DNA of 64,000 nt from Anolis carolinensis (taxonomy: Eukaryota), in NCBI RefSeq assembly GCF_035594765.1, contig NC_085841.1, positions 88,645,574-88,709,573 on the forward strand, read 5' to 3'. Both the position numbers and the translations under genes were made by a program. Below the pieces are notes generated by a model that was given only the letters and a program-made list of their open reading frames with translations, had not been told where the DNA came from and did not search any database. This document shows, piece after piece, positions 25,969 to 38,436 of the stretch (its first letter is position 1; each line of letters begins with the position of its first letter).

Positions 25969-27936
25969 TACACACACACACACACAAAATTTTCTGGGCC
26001 TAAATTTGGAAATAGTGCCAAAAACATGGCAAAAATTGTCCCATGTGACCCTTAGAGGGCACAGGCCTTACTTTGCCCACTGTTAAGGGATGGTCTCCAA
26101 ATGCACCCAAAGAATAAAGGCAAAATGTTGTTCAGTGCTAAAGGAAACAGGCATTCCCACTTTTCTAGTTCCATAAGCTCTTGACACTGTCAATTTAGAT
26201 CACAGGTGTTGTTTCTACTTCGTATGTGTTTTTTTTCTACTTCATTTATCAGACTTCTCATTCTTCTCCTTTTGATACAGGAGTGTAATTTGAGATGAAA
26301 CCATCAACCAATGTGCATTATTACATATATATTTAAGACTGAGGGAGATGACTTTGACCCCATCATTTTAGAAACAAGTCTATTGGAAGAAGTTTTCGCA
26401 AGAGAAAACAAGCTTTTTGAACTTGCAAGTGCTGCAAAAATGACAGACCACTGAACTCATTCGCTGTGTGTTTGTTCCATCCCCATTTGCACTAAGAGCT
26501 TTAAAACTACAGCTACCATTTGTTTTTAATCTTATGTTTTATCTTCAGTGAATTCAAGAGTTGACCTCCTACTCTTACCAAGTGCTGACATGTTTAAACT
26601 TTTACACAACAATAGACATGCCTTTATAGATTCGCTCTTCTTTCACAGGAACAAAATAGTATGGAGACACAAAGTTAAATATAATCCAAAGAAACTGTAA
26701 GACATTTTATCCAGCCAAGAAGGTCATGTCTTTGCCACTTTACTGCACAGCTGAAACAGACTGAAGACACCTTTTACAAAGCAATCCTATACGGTTCCAC
26801 TGGAAAGTAATTCCCATGGAACATCATAGGGACTTGCCTCTCCTGTTTAAGTAGTATAAGGGCTGCTGTCCTAATAGACCCCAGGCTACTGTTTTGATAC
26901 AAACACTACATATATAAGTTCCCAGTTTAAGCTTTCAGCAATTCTAGTCATAAAGATCTGAGTAGGAAATTTTGCAAAGATTTCTCTGTCTGGGAATCTG
27001 AGATGTGTTGTTAGAGTGAATACTACAGAACAAAATGGACTTGTAGTTTTACAAGAACTTTAGTCTTTACTGACAAAGAGCTCTAGTGCCTCACCAAACT
27101 ATAAATCTCAGCATTCCATAGCACTGAGCCATGGCAACTAAAGTGGTGTCAAGTCAGTACCCTGTGTTACATTTGATATTATATTTAGTAATTCTATTAT
27201 ATTTCCTTCCTTTTCACTGCTGTCAGCAGCCCTGAATGTTGCATGTTTGTAACTATTAGGTAGCAAGAACTCAATCCTCTGCCTCCTTACTGTGACTGTA
27301 AGTCCCATTTAATATAAAAGAGCTTACTACTACTACTATCATGTAGAAATTGAGTGTAAACACAGTCCATTACCAAACTGTGCTCATTTTGTATGTGGCT
27401 GAAAAATCTGCACAAGAATGTCTATGTAAGTACACATTTGTTCTGCATTTTATTGTAAAATGCACATTTACCAATCCACTTTATCTAAATGTATGCAGTA
27501 AGACACACCCATTATGACATAGGTCAGACATCTCAGAGGTGAAGTGAATGTACTTAAGGCAGAAAAAAAGAGTGAGAAGAATGCAAGAACCAAAAAAGTG
27601 CTTATTCTACAAAATGCAGGGTTTGAAGTTTAATGAATACCAGCTCATATGAACTGCTGAGGAAAGGGAGAAAAATTCATACTTAAAGGGAAAGGATTTC
27701 TATCAATATAGACGGTTAAGAATATAATCTGATCAGTGTAATTGCACCATTTAAATGCTTCAAATGGAGGATGAAATAATGATACTCCAAATAGGCATTC
27801 ATTTCTCAGCAATTCTGCCTGACTTAGCAACTGCATTCACAATTTTCCTAGGAGACACCTTCGGATAACCTAATCTACACTGCCATATAAAAATCCAGAT
27901 TATCTGCTTTGAACTGGATTATATGGCAGTGTAGAC

Positions 27937-28493
27937 CAGGCATGGGCAAAATTTTGCCTTTGGGCCACATTGTAAGTCCAGCCAGGTGGGCCAGGCCAGG
28001 AGGGAGTGGAGCCATTCGTATGCTGGGTGGGGTAGGCCTGTGAAGTGTAGGGCCCAGGAGAGGACAGGATCAGGATGGAAAAGGACAGGGCCTGGCTCAT
28101 CCTCAGGTTGCCCTCGCAGCATAAGGATGGGGCAACCATCCTTATACTGGGAGGAAGGCAGGACATACAGTGACTGCCCTGATCCTCCCCCCCCCCCCCG
28201 ATCTTCTGGCAGTCCTCTTGACATTATGCCAGGAGGAAGGCGAGAGAGGCAGCGGCTGAGAGTGCTCCAGAGGGCTCTCAGCCAACATGTGCCTTCCTTG
28301 AGCAGTCCTCCCGGCATAAAGATGTGACTGCTTGCAACATTTTATGCTGGGAGGAAGGCAAGATATGCAGTGGCTGAACGCACTCCAGAAGGCTCTCTGC
28401 TGCTGTGGGCCACCATGTACTTATGCCAAAAGGACCGAGGTAAGCACCCTGGGGGCCACATCTGGACCCCAGGCCTTAGTTTGCCCATGCCTA
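27937..28493. mobile_element. Non-autonomous hAT transposon nested in a palindromic PIF/Harbinger-like MITE (~27873-28570)
   Basis: TIRs caggcatgggcaaa / tttgcccatgccta, perfect 8-bp TSD gtgtagac; host element tctacactgccatata...tatatggcagtgtaga. Confidence 0.85.
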
Positions 28494-28616
28494 GTGTAGA
28501 CTCATATAATCCAGTTCAAAGGAGGTATGGATTATCTTCTTTAATAATCTGGATGATATGACAGTGTGATGTGCTTTCTCGATATTTTTTCTGTACATGC
28601 CCACCTTCTCAGAGTG

Positions 28617-31600
28617 AAGAGATATAGTAGTCATGGGTGATTTCAACTATCCCGATATCTGTTGGAAAACAAACTCGGCCAAGAGTACAAAGTCCAACAA
28701 ATTCCTCACTTGCCTTGCAGACAATTTTATGGTCCAGAAGGTAGAAGAGGCAACAAGGGGATTAGCTACTCTTGATCTCATCTTAACAAATGTGGAAAAC
28801 CTGATCAATACAGTCGAAGTTGTCAGATCCTTAGGGGCAAGTGACCATGTGCTCCTGCAGTTTGTGATACAATGGAAGGCTGAAACTAAGACAAGTCAAA
28901 CACGCATTCTGGACTTTAAGAGAGCTGACTTCCAAAAAATGAAGGAAATACTGAGCAGCATTCCAAGGACACTAATATTAAAAGACAAGAGACTTAAGGA
29001 TGGATGGGAGTTTTTTAAAAGTGAAATACTCAAGGCGCAAATGCAAACAGTGCCAACAAAGAAAAAAAACAAGACAAGTGCGAAGAAGCCAGAATGGATG
29101 TCCAAAGAACTTCTAACCGGGCTAATACTCAAAAGAGACATGCACAAGAAGTGGAAAAGGGGAGAAATCACCAAAGAAGAATTCAAATGTATAGCCAACT
29201 CCTGTAGGGAAAAGGTTCGCAAGGCTAAAGCGCAAAAGGAGCTCAGGCTTGCCAGGGACATCAAATACAACAAAAAGGCTTTTTTGCCTATGTTGGTAGA
29301 AAAAGGAAGAACAAGGAGGCAATAGGGCCTCTGCGAGGAGAAGATGGGGTGATGGTGACACGGGACAGGGAAAAGGCAGAACTAATTAATGCCTTCTTTG
29401 CCTCGGTCTTCTCACAAAAAGAAAGCCATCTTCAACCTCAGCAACATAGAATGGATGAAGGATTAGGGGAAATCCAACCCCAAATAGGGAAACAAGTTGT
29501 CCAGGAACACCTGGCCACTCTAAATGAATTCAAGTCCCCAGGGCCAGATCAGGTACATCCAAGAGTATTGAAGGAACTAGCTGAGGTTATTTCAGAACCA
29601 CTGGCAATTATCTTCGAGAGTTATTGGAGAACAGGAGAAGTCCCAGCAGATTAGAGGAGGGTGAATGTAGTCCCTATCTTCAAGAAGGGAAAAAAGAACG
29701 ACCCAAACAATTACCGTCCGGTCAGCCTCACGTCGATACCAGGCAAGATCCTGGAAAAAATCATTAAGGAAGTGGTCTGCGAACATCTAGAAACAAATGC
29801 AGTCATTCCGAATAGCCAACACAGATTTACCAAAAACAAGTCATGCCAGACTAATCTGATCTCTTTGTTCGATAGAGTTATGAGTTGGGTTGATACAGGG
29901 AACGCTGTGGATGTAGCCTACCTGGATTTCAGTAAGACCTTCAACAAAGTCCCCCACGACCTTCTGGCAAACAAACTAGTAAAATGTGAGCTAGACAAAA
30001 CTACGGTTAGGTGGATCTGTAATTGGCTAAGTGAATGCACCCAAAGGGTGCTCACCAATGCATCATCTTCATCTTGGAAAGAAGTCACGAGTGGAGTGCC
30101 ACAGGGTTCTGTCATGGGCCCGGTTCTGTTCAATATCTTTATTAACGACTTAGACAAAGGGTTAGAAGGCACAATCATCAAGTTTGCAGACGACACCAAA
30201 CTGGGAGAGATAGCTAACACTGCAGAAGACAGGAGCAGAATTCAAAATGATCTTGACAGACTAGAGAGATGGGCTGAAACTAACAAAATGAAGTTCAACA
30301 GTGTGATGCCTCATGGGTTTTGTAGTCCTGTGCCTAGTGTCACCGTGACAGATGAGGATGAAAACATGGGGTTTTCACAGCCAGAGCCAGAGTTTTTCCA
30401 GATGCCTGAGGTTCTTGTCCAAGAACCAATTAAAACTGACCTTGATCAATGCTCACCTCCCTTCGCTAGAAAGCAATCCTTCTCGGCAGATAGGGGAGTG
30501 AGAGAGAGAATTCGGAGGAGTGCCCGAATTGCTGCCAAGCAAGAGACTGATTTGCCATGTTTCCCCTGGGAAAATCCAGTGAGTCTCACACCTGCAAGTT
30601 GGGTTTCGTTCCCTGTTCTCTAGGGAAAGAGAACGCTGGACGCCCGTTTGGCGGGAAATGAGACCCAGATAAAAGTATCGGGCTCTGTTGATTCTTTGCG
30701 GAGACAACAGCTCAGCTTCAGGAGTGAATTCCATGTTCCCAGCCTAGTGTGGACTTCGCTAAGTCCACAATCCAGTTTCCTTGCCTCGCCTGCTCAAGTC
30801 TCCAAGAATTGCCTCGCTTTGTCCTTAGTCACGGATTTTGTTCTTAGAATCAAGTTTTCGACTACCTTGCCTCGTTTTGAACCACGGACCTTGTTTCCTA
30901 GATTCAAACCTTGTTCCCAGCTTCCTTGTGGATTTAACCTTGTGCCTTGAAAGACTTTGGACAATTCCCCTCACTATTGCCTGGCAATAGTGAGTGTTTC
31001 GGTAATGGATTTTATCTTTGAACTCTAATATCATTTATTGGACAAACTATTCCTGGACTATTTTAAACCTCATTTGAAAGGTCTGTTTCCGGACTATATT
31101 CTCTACTTGTTTTTATCCTTCTTATATATTTCCTTAATAAAGATATTAGATAGTTTTATTGGCCTCCGTGTCTGGTTCTTGGTGCCCCGCTGCCTTGGTG
31201 TGTGACAAACAGGGACAAATGCAAGATACTTCACTTCAGCAGAAAAAATGGAATGCAAAGATACAGAATGGGGGACACCTGGCCTGACAGCAGTATGTGT
31301 GAAAAAGATCTTGGAGTCCTCGTGGACAATAAGTTAAATATGAGCCTACAATGTGATGCGGCGGCAAAAAAGCCAACGGGATTCTGGCCTGCATCAATAG
31401 GGGTATAGCGTCTAGATCCAGGGAAGTCATGCTACCCCTCTATTCTGCCTTGGTCAGGCCACACCTGGAATACTGCATCCAATTCTGGGCACCACAGTTG
31501 AAGGGAGATGTTGACAAGCTGGAAAGCGTCCAGAGGAGGGCAACTAAAATGATCAAGGGTCTGGAGAACAAGCCCTATGAGGAGCAGCTTAAAGAACTAG

Positions 31601-31983
31601 GCATGTTTAGCCTGCAGAAGAGAAGGCTGAGAGGAGACATTATATGGCTACAAATACGTGAAGGGAAGTCATATGGAGGAGGGAGCAAGCTTGTTTTCTG
31701 CTACCCTGCAGACTAGGACACGGAACAATGGCTTCAAGCTACAGGAAAGGAGATTCCACATGAACATCAGGAAGAACTTCCTCACTGTGAGAGCTGTTCG
31801 GCAGTGGAACTCTCTCCCCCGGAGTGTGGTGGAGGCTCCTACTTTGGAGGCTTTTAAGCAAGGCTGGATGGCCATCTGTCGGGGGTGCTTTGAATGCAAT
31901 TTCTTGCTTCTTGGCAGGGGGTTGGACTGGATGGCCCATGAGGTCTCTTAACTCTACTATTCTATGATTCTATGATTCTATGA
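28617..31983 (+). mobile_element. 5'-truncated CR1 LINE (APE C-terminal part plus RT), interrupted by a solo LTR
   Basis: [68 protein letters not shown]; ends in (ATTCTATG)n. Confidence 0.95.
30302..31207 (+). mobile_element. Solo LTR (906 bp) inserted in the CR1 RT region
   Basis: TG...CA termini, perfect 5-bp TSD aacag; CR1 reads ...KFN|RDKCKIL across the insertion; homologous to 12629-13494. Confidence 0.92.
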
Positions 31984-32512
31984 AAAATAGACATCGGTAG
32001 CCTTTGTAAATCAGATTAATGAGACTCTATGGGACTAAAAAGAGTGCCATGCAGAGAATATGATAACACCAGGGAAGATCAAAATTATAGCAAAAGTCAA
32101 TGCCATCCTTTTGCACCAGTGGGACTCATGGAGAGAGGCAAAAGTGAATTGCTGGGGTAGCTGATCTAGCAGGGAAGTGCTCCTGTGGGGTATGGCATGA
32201 TTGTGGGCTTCTTCCTTTTTTTGCTGATATTATTAAATATCATTGAATAATCAGTTAAAATTGTAGTTATTTAAGTACAATGAACATTATGAATGTTTCT
32301 AGTAGCAATTATCAGTGCTTCTATAACTAGAAATATTTAAAGTAAGTAATCATAGTGGCTGTTGATATGAAGCAGTCATTTGGTGAATGCACTATTTTTT
32401 GCTTTACACCATATTCTATTATAAGTGAATCTTTGAAGCTCCATGCTTTTTTATCCTGTGATTCACTGATATATGCAGCTGATATATGCAGGGGATAAAT
32501 ACATATGATAAT

Positions 32513-33261
32513 AGGGTTGTTGTGCATTTTCCGGGCTGCGTGGCCATGTTCTGGAAGCATTCTCTCCTGATGTTTCACCCACATATATGGCAGGCACCCT
32601 CAGAGGTTGTGAGGTTTATCAGAAAAACTAAGCAAGGAAGGTTTACATATCTGTGAAAGGTCCAGGGTGGGAGAAAGAACTCTTATCTGTTGGAGGCCAG
32701 TGTGAACGTTGTAATTAATCACCTTGATTAGCATTAATGGCCTTGCTTGTGGATTTTAGTGACTTAGCTGTTTAGTCCGACATGATAGTTGTTAGAGTGA
32801 TCCAGCATTTCTTAGTTCTCAAATAATATACTGTGTCCAGGTTGGTTCATCGAGTAATCTGCTATGGCTGACTTCTCTGGTTGAATCAGTCTGCAGTGCC
32901 TTTCATGTTCCTTGATTCCTGTTTGGGCAATGCTGTATTTGGTGGTACCTATGTAGTCTTGTCCATGGCATGGTATATGGTAGACTCCTGCAGAGGTGAG
33001 AGGATCTCTTTTGCCCTTCACTGAATATAGCGTTTTGGATTTTCTTAGTGGGTCTGTAGTTAGTTTGTAGGTTGTGTTTCTTCTGCAGCTTGCCTATACG
33101 GTCAGTGGTTCCCTTAATTTATGCACAAGAGTTCTTTCTACCAAACTGGACCTTCCACGGATATATACACCTTCCTTGCTTAGTTTTTCCAATATACTTC
33201 ACAACCTCTGAAGATATACCTCACAACCCTGTGATTCCGGCCATGGAAGCCTTCGACTACA
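32513..33261 (-). mobile_element. Penelope-like element fragment (GIY-YIG endonuclease, pLTR, inverted segment)
   Basis: AGVYHIPCHGQDYIGTTK...IKEHERHCRLIQPEKSAIA; segment ~33125-33261 is an inverted copy of pLTR sequence. Confidence 0.85.
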
Positions 33262-33749
33262 TATATGATAATAATATAATTCTGTAGTGAAGTACAATAC
33301 AAAATGTAGGCTCACCTATATGATTGCTAATTGTAGGATTATTTAAATAATAAATAAGAGTATATGTGTATGCAGCTGAGTCTAGAATATATATCATAGA
33401 GAGATTTTTTTCTTTACTTCAAAATTTTTGTGTCTACTCATTGTCACATGGCCTGAAAACTCATAGTGAAAATTTAACCACACAGAACTTTCTTTGAATA
33501 TTTTCTTTAAAAATGCAGTTTTGAGAATATACACAAAAGGCTGCATACAAATTATTTATATAAAAATAATGTAAAAACTACCCTATGCCAAAAAATAATA
33601 ATTCTGTGGAGTTTAATTTCACAGAAAAATTCACACACATTTTCCTCCATGATGAGGTCACCACCTGCAATAAATAAATAAATCTCATACTTTACTTTAT
33701 AAAAATGAAAATTTCCAGCTATTAAATGAAACTGTAATATGTTACGTAC

Positions 33750-33930
33750 GGGTACATCCTCCTTCTTCAAAGCCATAAAATCCATGAGCGCAGCGGTCAC
33801 ACTTCTTCCCTCCAACACCTGGTTGACAATGACATTGTCCAGTTTCATCACAGTCAAAGGATTTTGATCCAAATGAATTACAGTTGCAGGGAACACAGCC
33901 TCTGGAAGACTGCACACCAAAGGTTCCAGG
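33750..33930 (-). CDS. LAMA2: Laminin alpha-2 coding exon (exon 21 equivalent, 181 nt)
   Basis: tgacag|CCT GGA ACC ... TGT ACC C|gtacgt; PGTFGVQSSRGCVPCNCNSFGSKSFDCDETGQCHCQPGVGGKKCDRCAHGFYGFEEGGCT. Confidence 0.97.
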
Positions 33931-35326
33931 CTGTCACGGAGGACAGAAGAAATCATTTAGCAAAAGCAAGAACTAAAAACAAGTGTTAAAGATGAACAAG
34001 AAATGCTGAGGAAGACATGGATTCAAAGGGGAGAAATGAAGATAAGCCAGCAATATATTCCACTTCTTTGTATTTAGAGGATGAAAATAAAAATTACATT
34101 TGAGTTCTTACTTCTCTGTAGATAAATGTCAATTTCAAATTACTCACATTTATTGTAAAACATGTGTTGTAATATATTTTTGTTCACATGAACTCCAAAA
34201 TATAAGTTTAAATGTCCAAGTCAAATACAGAGAAAACTAATTTTAACTCTGCAAGCTCCAACATCAATTTAAGATTTTATTTGTGACATTGTTGTCTTCC
34301 AATGAGTAAATGGGGACATGCGTGTTTCTTATTCCTATTTATCAATATAACCGCTCTCTTAGGTAAGTAAGACTGAGGCCTCATCGTCACCCACTGAGAG
34401 ATTCATGCTTAGCTAATTCCAGCTTTTCTGATCTGAGTCTGAGCAAATCTCAATGCTGGAATCTAATCCATAAAGACAGACCTACTTCAACATGGCACCA
34501 GGCTGGCTTGTTAAGAAACCAATACAGAATCTAAAGTTAGTCCACAATGCAAAGGCAAGTAAAAACAAAACACATGCAAGTCATGATACATACACACATT
34601 TCTGCATACTGTGGTGATACTACAGGAGCTTCTCTCTCATTTATAAGACAAAACAGCACCTCCACTCATGAATTTAAAACCCAATGTAAAACCTCCTTAG
34701 TATTTTCCCAAGATCCAAAACAATAAAATAAAACAAAAAAGGCACATAAGAAATCCCTCAATAGCTATTCAGAAAAACATAGTAAATTTAAGTACAACCT
34801 GCATGTAACTCTCTTCTAAATAAATAGACTGGTATAAGCAGTAAAGTTGCTTTTAAGAATAAAAGAGAAACTAAATTTTCTTTTGGATATAATTTGTTCA
34901 CCAAATGTACAATTCTGTCAAGGATTTTGGTCGGTGGTTGTAGTTCATTTAGAAAAATGATTCTGGATTCATACGTATATCAACTAAAACAATAGTTTAT
35001 TCATTATTTTCCTATCACAATGCTGAATAATACAATAAATATGCTTCATTTTTTGTAAGAACCCAGTAGTTTTGAATCACCATTCAGATAACCTGAACTC
35101 AGAAATCGCAGAGTCTTGGGTTTGAAAGGGATGGCAAAAGCCATCTAGTTCAACCTCTTGCAATAAACAACTAAAGAATTTCTGAAAGATGTCCATCTAT
35201 TTTGTTTAATGGTTTTCAAAGATGAAGAGCCCACCACCCAGTCTATTCTGGTTCTGAAACAGCTCTTATATTACAAAAGTTCTTACCAGCTTAACAAGTA
35301 AGCTTAGGTGGATTCTCTTTTCGGTA

Positions 35327-35625
35327 CTGTTCCATTATCCAAGCGGAAGCCACTAGGAGGCACTAGAGAGAGAAGGATAGTCCATTTTGGAGGGGGAGGG
35401 GTTAAAGGAGGAAAACAATTTCCCTGTTTTTACTGATTATTCCCTCCTCCTCCTTCCCATATCATAAACATGGGTTATTTCCATGACAAAGATATTGGGG
35501 GGGGGGGGATAAAAAGAAAAGGGGGGAAATTGTTATCTCCTTCCATCCACCCTCCACTCCCATAAAATGGACTATACTTCTTTCTCTAGTGCCACCTAGT
35601 GACCTCCGCTCAGATAATGGAACAG
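35327..35625. mobile_element. Tc1/mariner-type MITE with ~65-bp TIRs, inserted in an old CR1 3' fragment
   Basis: TA|ctgttccattatccaagcggaagccactaggaggcactagagagagaaggatagtccatttt ... aaaatggactatacttctttctctagtgccacctagtgacctccgctcagataatggaacag|TA. Confidence 0.88.
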
Positions 35626-36011
35626 TATCCTCTTTTCTTGTAATTTGAAACCCTTGGTTTGGTTAAATCCAAGGAGTTTAGAGTTTATCTTGAAAAGTAG
35701 CCACTCTCACCATTAGCTATGTCATATAGTGATTTTCTTTGGAAAATTTGACTTCCCAAGGCAGTCTGTGAAAAAATACACATGCCTACATGTATGGCTG
35801 ATTTTAAAAAAACACAGTGAAAAAAAGGTTTTATGTTGACTTCTAGCCATTGGAACATTAATTTATTGTAACCCATTCTATGTGCTTAAAATACTTTATA
35901 TAGAGAAGTACAGAAATGTTTTGTTTAGTCATGACCAGTTTCACACATGCTGCAGGCATTTAAAAGGCAAGCAATGGTTACCATCAGAAGCCATACAAAT
36001 ATTTCTTCATC

Positions 36012-36183
36012 TTGTTGTCGAAGGCTTTCATGGCTGGGATCACAGTGTTGTTGTGTGTTTTTCGGGCAGTATGGCAATGTTCCAGAAGTATTCTCTCCTG
36101 ACATTTCACCCACATCTATGGCAGGCATCCTCAGAGGTTGTGAGGTATACCTCACACTGCCCAAAAAACACACAACAACCCTA
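36012..36183 (-). mobile_element. Short Penelope pLTR fragment with inverted end
   Basis: Homologous to 32513-32615 and 33220-33261; inverted arms gttgttgtgtgtttttcgggcagt / actgcccaaaaaacacacaacaac. Confidence 0.8.
36097..36137 (-). ncRNA. Degenerate minimal type I hammerhead ribozyme motif of a Penelope element
   Basis: Minus strand: cct CTGAGGA t gcctgc catagat gtgggt GAAA t GTC agg, giving stem I, CUGAnGA core, stem II, GAAA and GUC cleavage triplet. Confidence 0.7.
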
Positions 36184-37032
36184 TTTCTTCATCTGCCTAT
36201 AGTTCTTCAATTTGGGTTACTAATATTATCAAGAGCTGGAGTAACATTTTTCATTTTCTTTTTTCATTCATTTGTAAGTCTGTGATGAATATAGGATCCA
36301 TATTAGCCTAATAGAAAACCATCATAGAAGTTGGTTCTTTTCAGACAAAATAATGCTGGTATGTATGGACTAAGTATGGACTCGGCTGGCTAACTCTTAT
36401 TTCTTTTTCTGAAACTTCCTCAGATTGTCCCTTATTAATTACCTTACTTGTATGGCTAAATGCCCACTTGTCAAAATGTAAGAATAATTTTCTCCCAAAT
36501 CCAATTCTTATTTGAAATAGATGATGTTGTGATAAATAACCGTTTTGCCTTTAAAACTAAAAATACTTATGTGGGGGAAGGCCTTGCAAAACCTTCCCTC
36601 ACAAGGAGAAGTCGGCATGACAGACCTGAGAAGGAAGACTGTCAATGGCTAGTTTGCGTTTTTCTGATAGGAGCAAAACCCAGACTGTGAAATTGTGCTA
36701 TAACACTGCAATGTGAATGAGTCCCCTGTGTCCTTAACACATCATAGTGTAGTAGAAGAGATCCTGAACTCAAAGAGAAACCTAGTACTGTAATGAAAAC
36801 TATTTCCAATTAAATACCGTACATATTTATTGCACATTATGTCATTCAAGTTTTGAAATGTTTAATTTTTCCCAGTGGCAAAATCCATATTACAGTAATA
36901 TCTTTATGAGGTTTACCAGAAAGGCATAACACCTTTCCCCATTTCTTTCTGCTGTATTGTTAATGGTACCACACAAGACAGGCACATGCCAGAATGTCAT
37001 ACATGCTACATTGTGCATCGTCTTCTGATTAC

Positions 37033-37296
37033 CATGGAAGCAGGCTTGAAAGCACCTCTTGGGCACCCACTGGTACTAGGGAAACCCCATCTCTGTGGTG
37101 GAGCTCTGATATGCTTAGCTGTTGAGGGGTGCTCCTTCCGGATATACACCTGTCTGCTCAGATCACACCGTTTACCTGCAAAGCCTGATTTGCAGATACA
37201 CCTCCCTGACATATCACAATTCAGTGACATGGATCCTTGTGGATTGCAGCCACATGGTATGCAGAACAGTTTGTCCAGTGCCCAAAAGTAACTGGG
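37033..37296 (-). CDS. LAMA2: Additional in-frame LAMA2 exon (264 nt, 88 aa, phase 0-0), probable cassette exon absent from the canonical human protein
   Basis: ttctttcttttcaaaag|CCC AGT TAC ... TCC ATG|gtaatc; [88 protein letters not shown]; LE-type Cys spacing, no stop codons. Confidence 0.85.
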
Positions 37297-38329
37297 CTTT
37301 TGAAAAGAAAGAAGGAAGAAAACAGTTTTAAAAAGCAAAGCTAGACAAGAAAAGGCAAAATAATAAATTCAGATTAAAAAGAAAGAAAAAAGAAGATTAT
37401 GAAAAGCTGTTGGACACCAATGTCATGATCCTTTTGGCAAGTGTAACTCTGCTGGAGTAGAAGGCAGCACCATGGTAGGAGGCAATGTGGCAGGAGAGAA
37501 CAAGTCCCTACAGGCAGTGTGATGTTGATGGTGGAGAGGAAATAATCAAAGCTATCTTCCTCAGAACAGAAAGTTACCCTGCTAGAACTCAAGCTACTTT
37601 AGTACTGGCAGGGCAGCTTTCTTGTCCTCAAGGAAATCGTATTTGCTGCTCTCTACCAGAATTATCCACTGCTTAGAAGAAGCCATACATTTCTGGCACA
37701 TTTCACAATTAAGATTCTGGCCCAAATCATTGTGTTTTTGGGTGAACAAATATCAATATGGAATTAAAAAGCAAATAAGAATGCCAGTTAATAATTATAT
37801 TAATGCTATGGTTTTTCGTTTTTCAGAAGGGCAACGGCATTGAATTTTTAAAAATTTATACATGCTTATTAACTCAAGTATTATTTGCTGTAAATTACAG
37901 CAATATGATTCCATGACTGTTAACTCATTTTGACCATAGAGAATTAACTTCAAATATGGTATCATTTAGACAAAATATTTTTCTGTATAGAAAAAATGGA
38001 CTGCAGCCTCCAGCCATGTCAACTTACCAACATATTTTTCACTCCACAATACTGAAAGGTGGCCCTTTTAAAAATATGTTATTTAAGTTGTAAAAAGTGG
38101 TTGAATTCCATTAATCAAAGCAACATGTTTCATTTAGTACCAAGAGTATTCCAGAAAACCACAGAAATTAAAATTGGATTTTTACATAATAAATAAAAAC
38201 AAATTAAACACCATTTGTTATATGCTTAATAGTACCAAGAAAACGCCATCTAAACAAAGAAGAGTTGTTTTATAATGAATAGGAAATGTGATGAAGCCCA
38301 AATTCCTGAAGCAGTTTCCTGCCACTTAC

Positions 38330-38436
38330 CTTACATTTATCACATAAGCGCCCCACGATGTTAGGTTTGCAGTCACACTGTCCAGTCTTAGAATTACAGG
38401 TCAGTGAAAACGAGCCATTGACATTGCAACTGCAAG
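38330..38436 (-). CDS. LAMA2: Laminin alpha-2 coding exon (exon 20 equivalent, 107 nt)
   Basis: ctgtag|CT TGC AGT ... TGT AAG|gtaagt; (P)CSCNVNGSFSLTCNSKTGQCDCKPNIVGRLCDKCK; absent from the ORF track, translated by hand. Confidence 0.96.

Noticed and set aside
29661-30623. 320-aa ORF as a novel RT fusion gene
   Set aside because: It is CR1 RT joined to the LTR peptide by an insertion that happens to be in frame. The 5-bp TSD is intact, and the upstream CR1 has a stop and a frameshift.
33552-33956. 134-aa minus-strand ORF over exon 21
   Set aside because: It is an alternative frame. The LE-coding frame is different and is bounded by splice sites at 33930 and 33750.
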